A stretch of 64,000 nucleotides of DNA from positions 32,001 through 96,000 of the IMG/VR virus record IMGVR_UViG_3300022916_000006; one strand, given 5' to 3'. This DNA is from a virus. A program made the position numbers and the translations under genes. This document shows, piece by piece, positions 63,707 through 64,000 of the stretch (positions within the stretch are counted from its first letter, which is position 1; every line of letters begins with the position of its first letter). The notes below the pieces were generated by a model. The model was given only the letters and a program-made list of their open reading frames with translations. It ran no database searches and was not told the DNA's origin.

Positions 63707-64000
63707 ATGAAATTCAATAAAATAAAAATAGAATGGGTAGTTGCATTAGTATTAATTGTGATGGCATTGTTTATATTCACGGATTGTTCAAGTGATAATT
63801 ATAATGATGCTCCAAAAAAATCAAAGAGTAGACCGAAAATTGAATATGAAAAGGTATTAACAATTGTGGTTCATTATGAAACTTGTGAATCTGATACAAT
63901 AACATTTAGGACTCAAAGCAGTAAAGATGTTATTTGTGGATTGCGTCGTAATACAAGTACTCAACCATGTTATCTATTTGGATATGATAAAAATAATAAA
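63707..64000 (+). CDS. putative lipoprotein/membrane protein, 3' partial
   Basis: MKFNKIKIEWVVALVLIVMALFIFTDC (lipobox-like); frame open to the window end. Confidence 0.5.
   Translation, partial: MKFNKIKIEWVVALVLIVMALFIFTDCSSDNYNDAPKKSKSRPKIEYEKVLTIVVHYETCESDTITFRTQSSKDVICGLRRNTSTQPCYLFGYDKNNK

Noticed and set aside
1-64000. Alternative genetic code (stop-codon reassignment, as in some large phages)
   Set aside because: Conserved enzymes are full length in code 11, and TGA, TAA and TAG all end genes at expected positions.

Overview
Very AT-rich, gene-dense window, with credible genes only on the + strand. It reads as part of a large (jumbo/huge-type) dsDNA bacteriophage genome in genetic code 11. 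(1) 1-24.1 kb: a partial PD-(D/E)XK nuclease, then a ~23-kb glycan-biosynthesis island (about 12 glycosyltransferase-like genes, Gmd + Fcl, RmlD-like reductase, two DegT-family aminotransferases, two methyltransferases, WbuC-like cupin). An HNH/NUMOD3 endonuclease sits in the start of gmd, leaving the old 5' stub upstream and a complete second N-terminus downstream. (2) 24.1-63.4 kb, the main finding: by hand count 88 small paralogous genes (mostly 60-110 aa) in seven head-to-tail runs. They share an MKYY(I/V)-type N-terminus, an internal F-x-[ST]-x-x-[ED]-A motif and an (I/V)-x-E-x-E-L-(V/I)-A-x-L-L C-terminus around highly divergent middles, and most are joined by a TTATGA stop/start overlap. 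The runs are interleaved with a family of about 13 strong promoters (TTG...N17-18...TAAHTT), two repeat-rich non-coding islands, two MoxR AAA+/HEXXH-VWA gene pairs and other hypothetical genes. No CRISPR array, integrase, reverse transcriptase, rRNA or canonical tRNA was found. All family assignments come from motif recognition by eye; no database searches were run.
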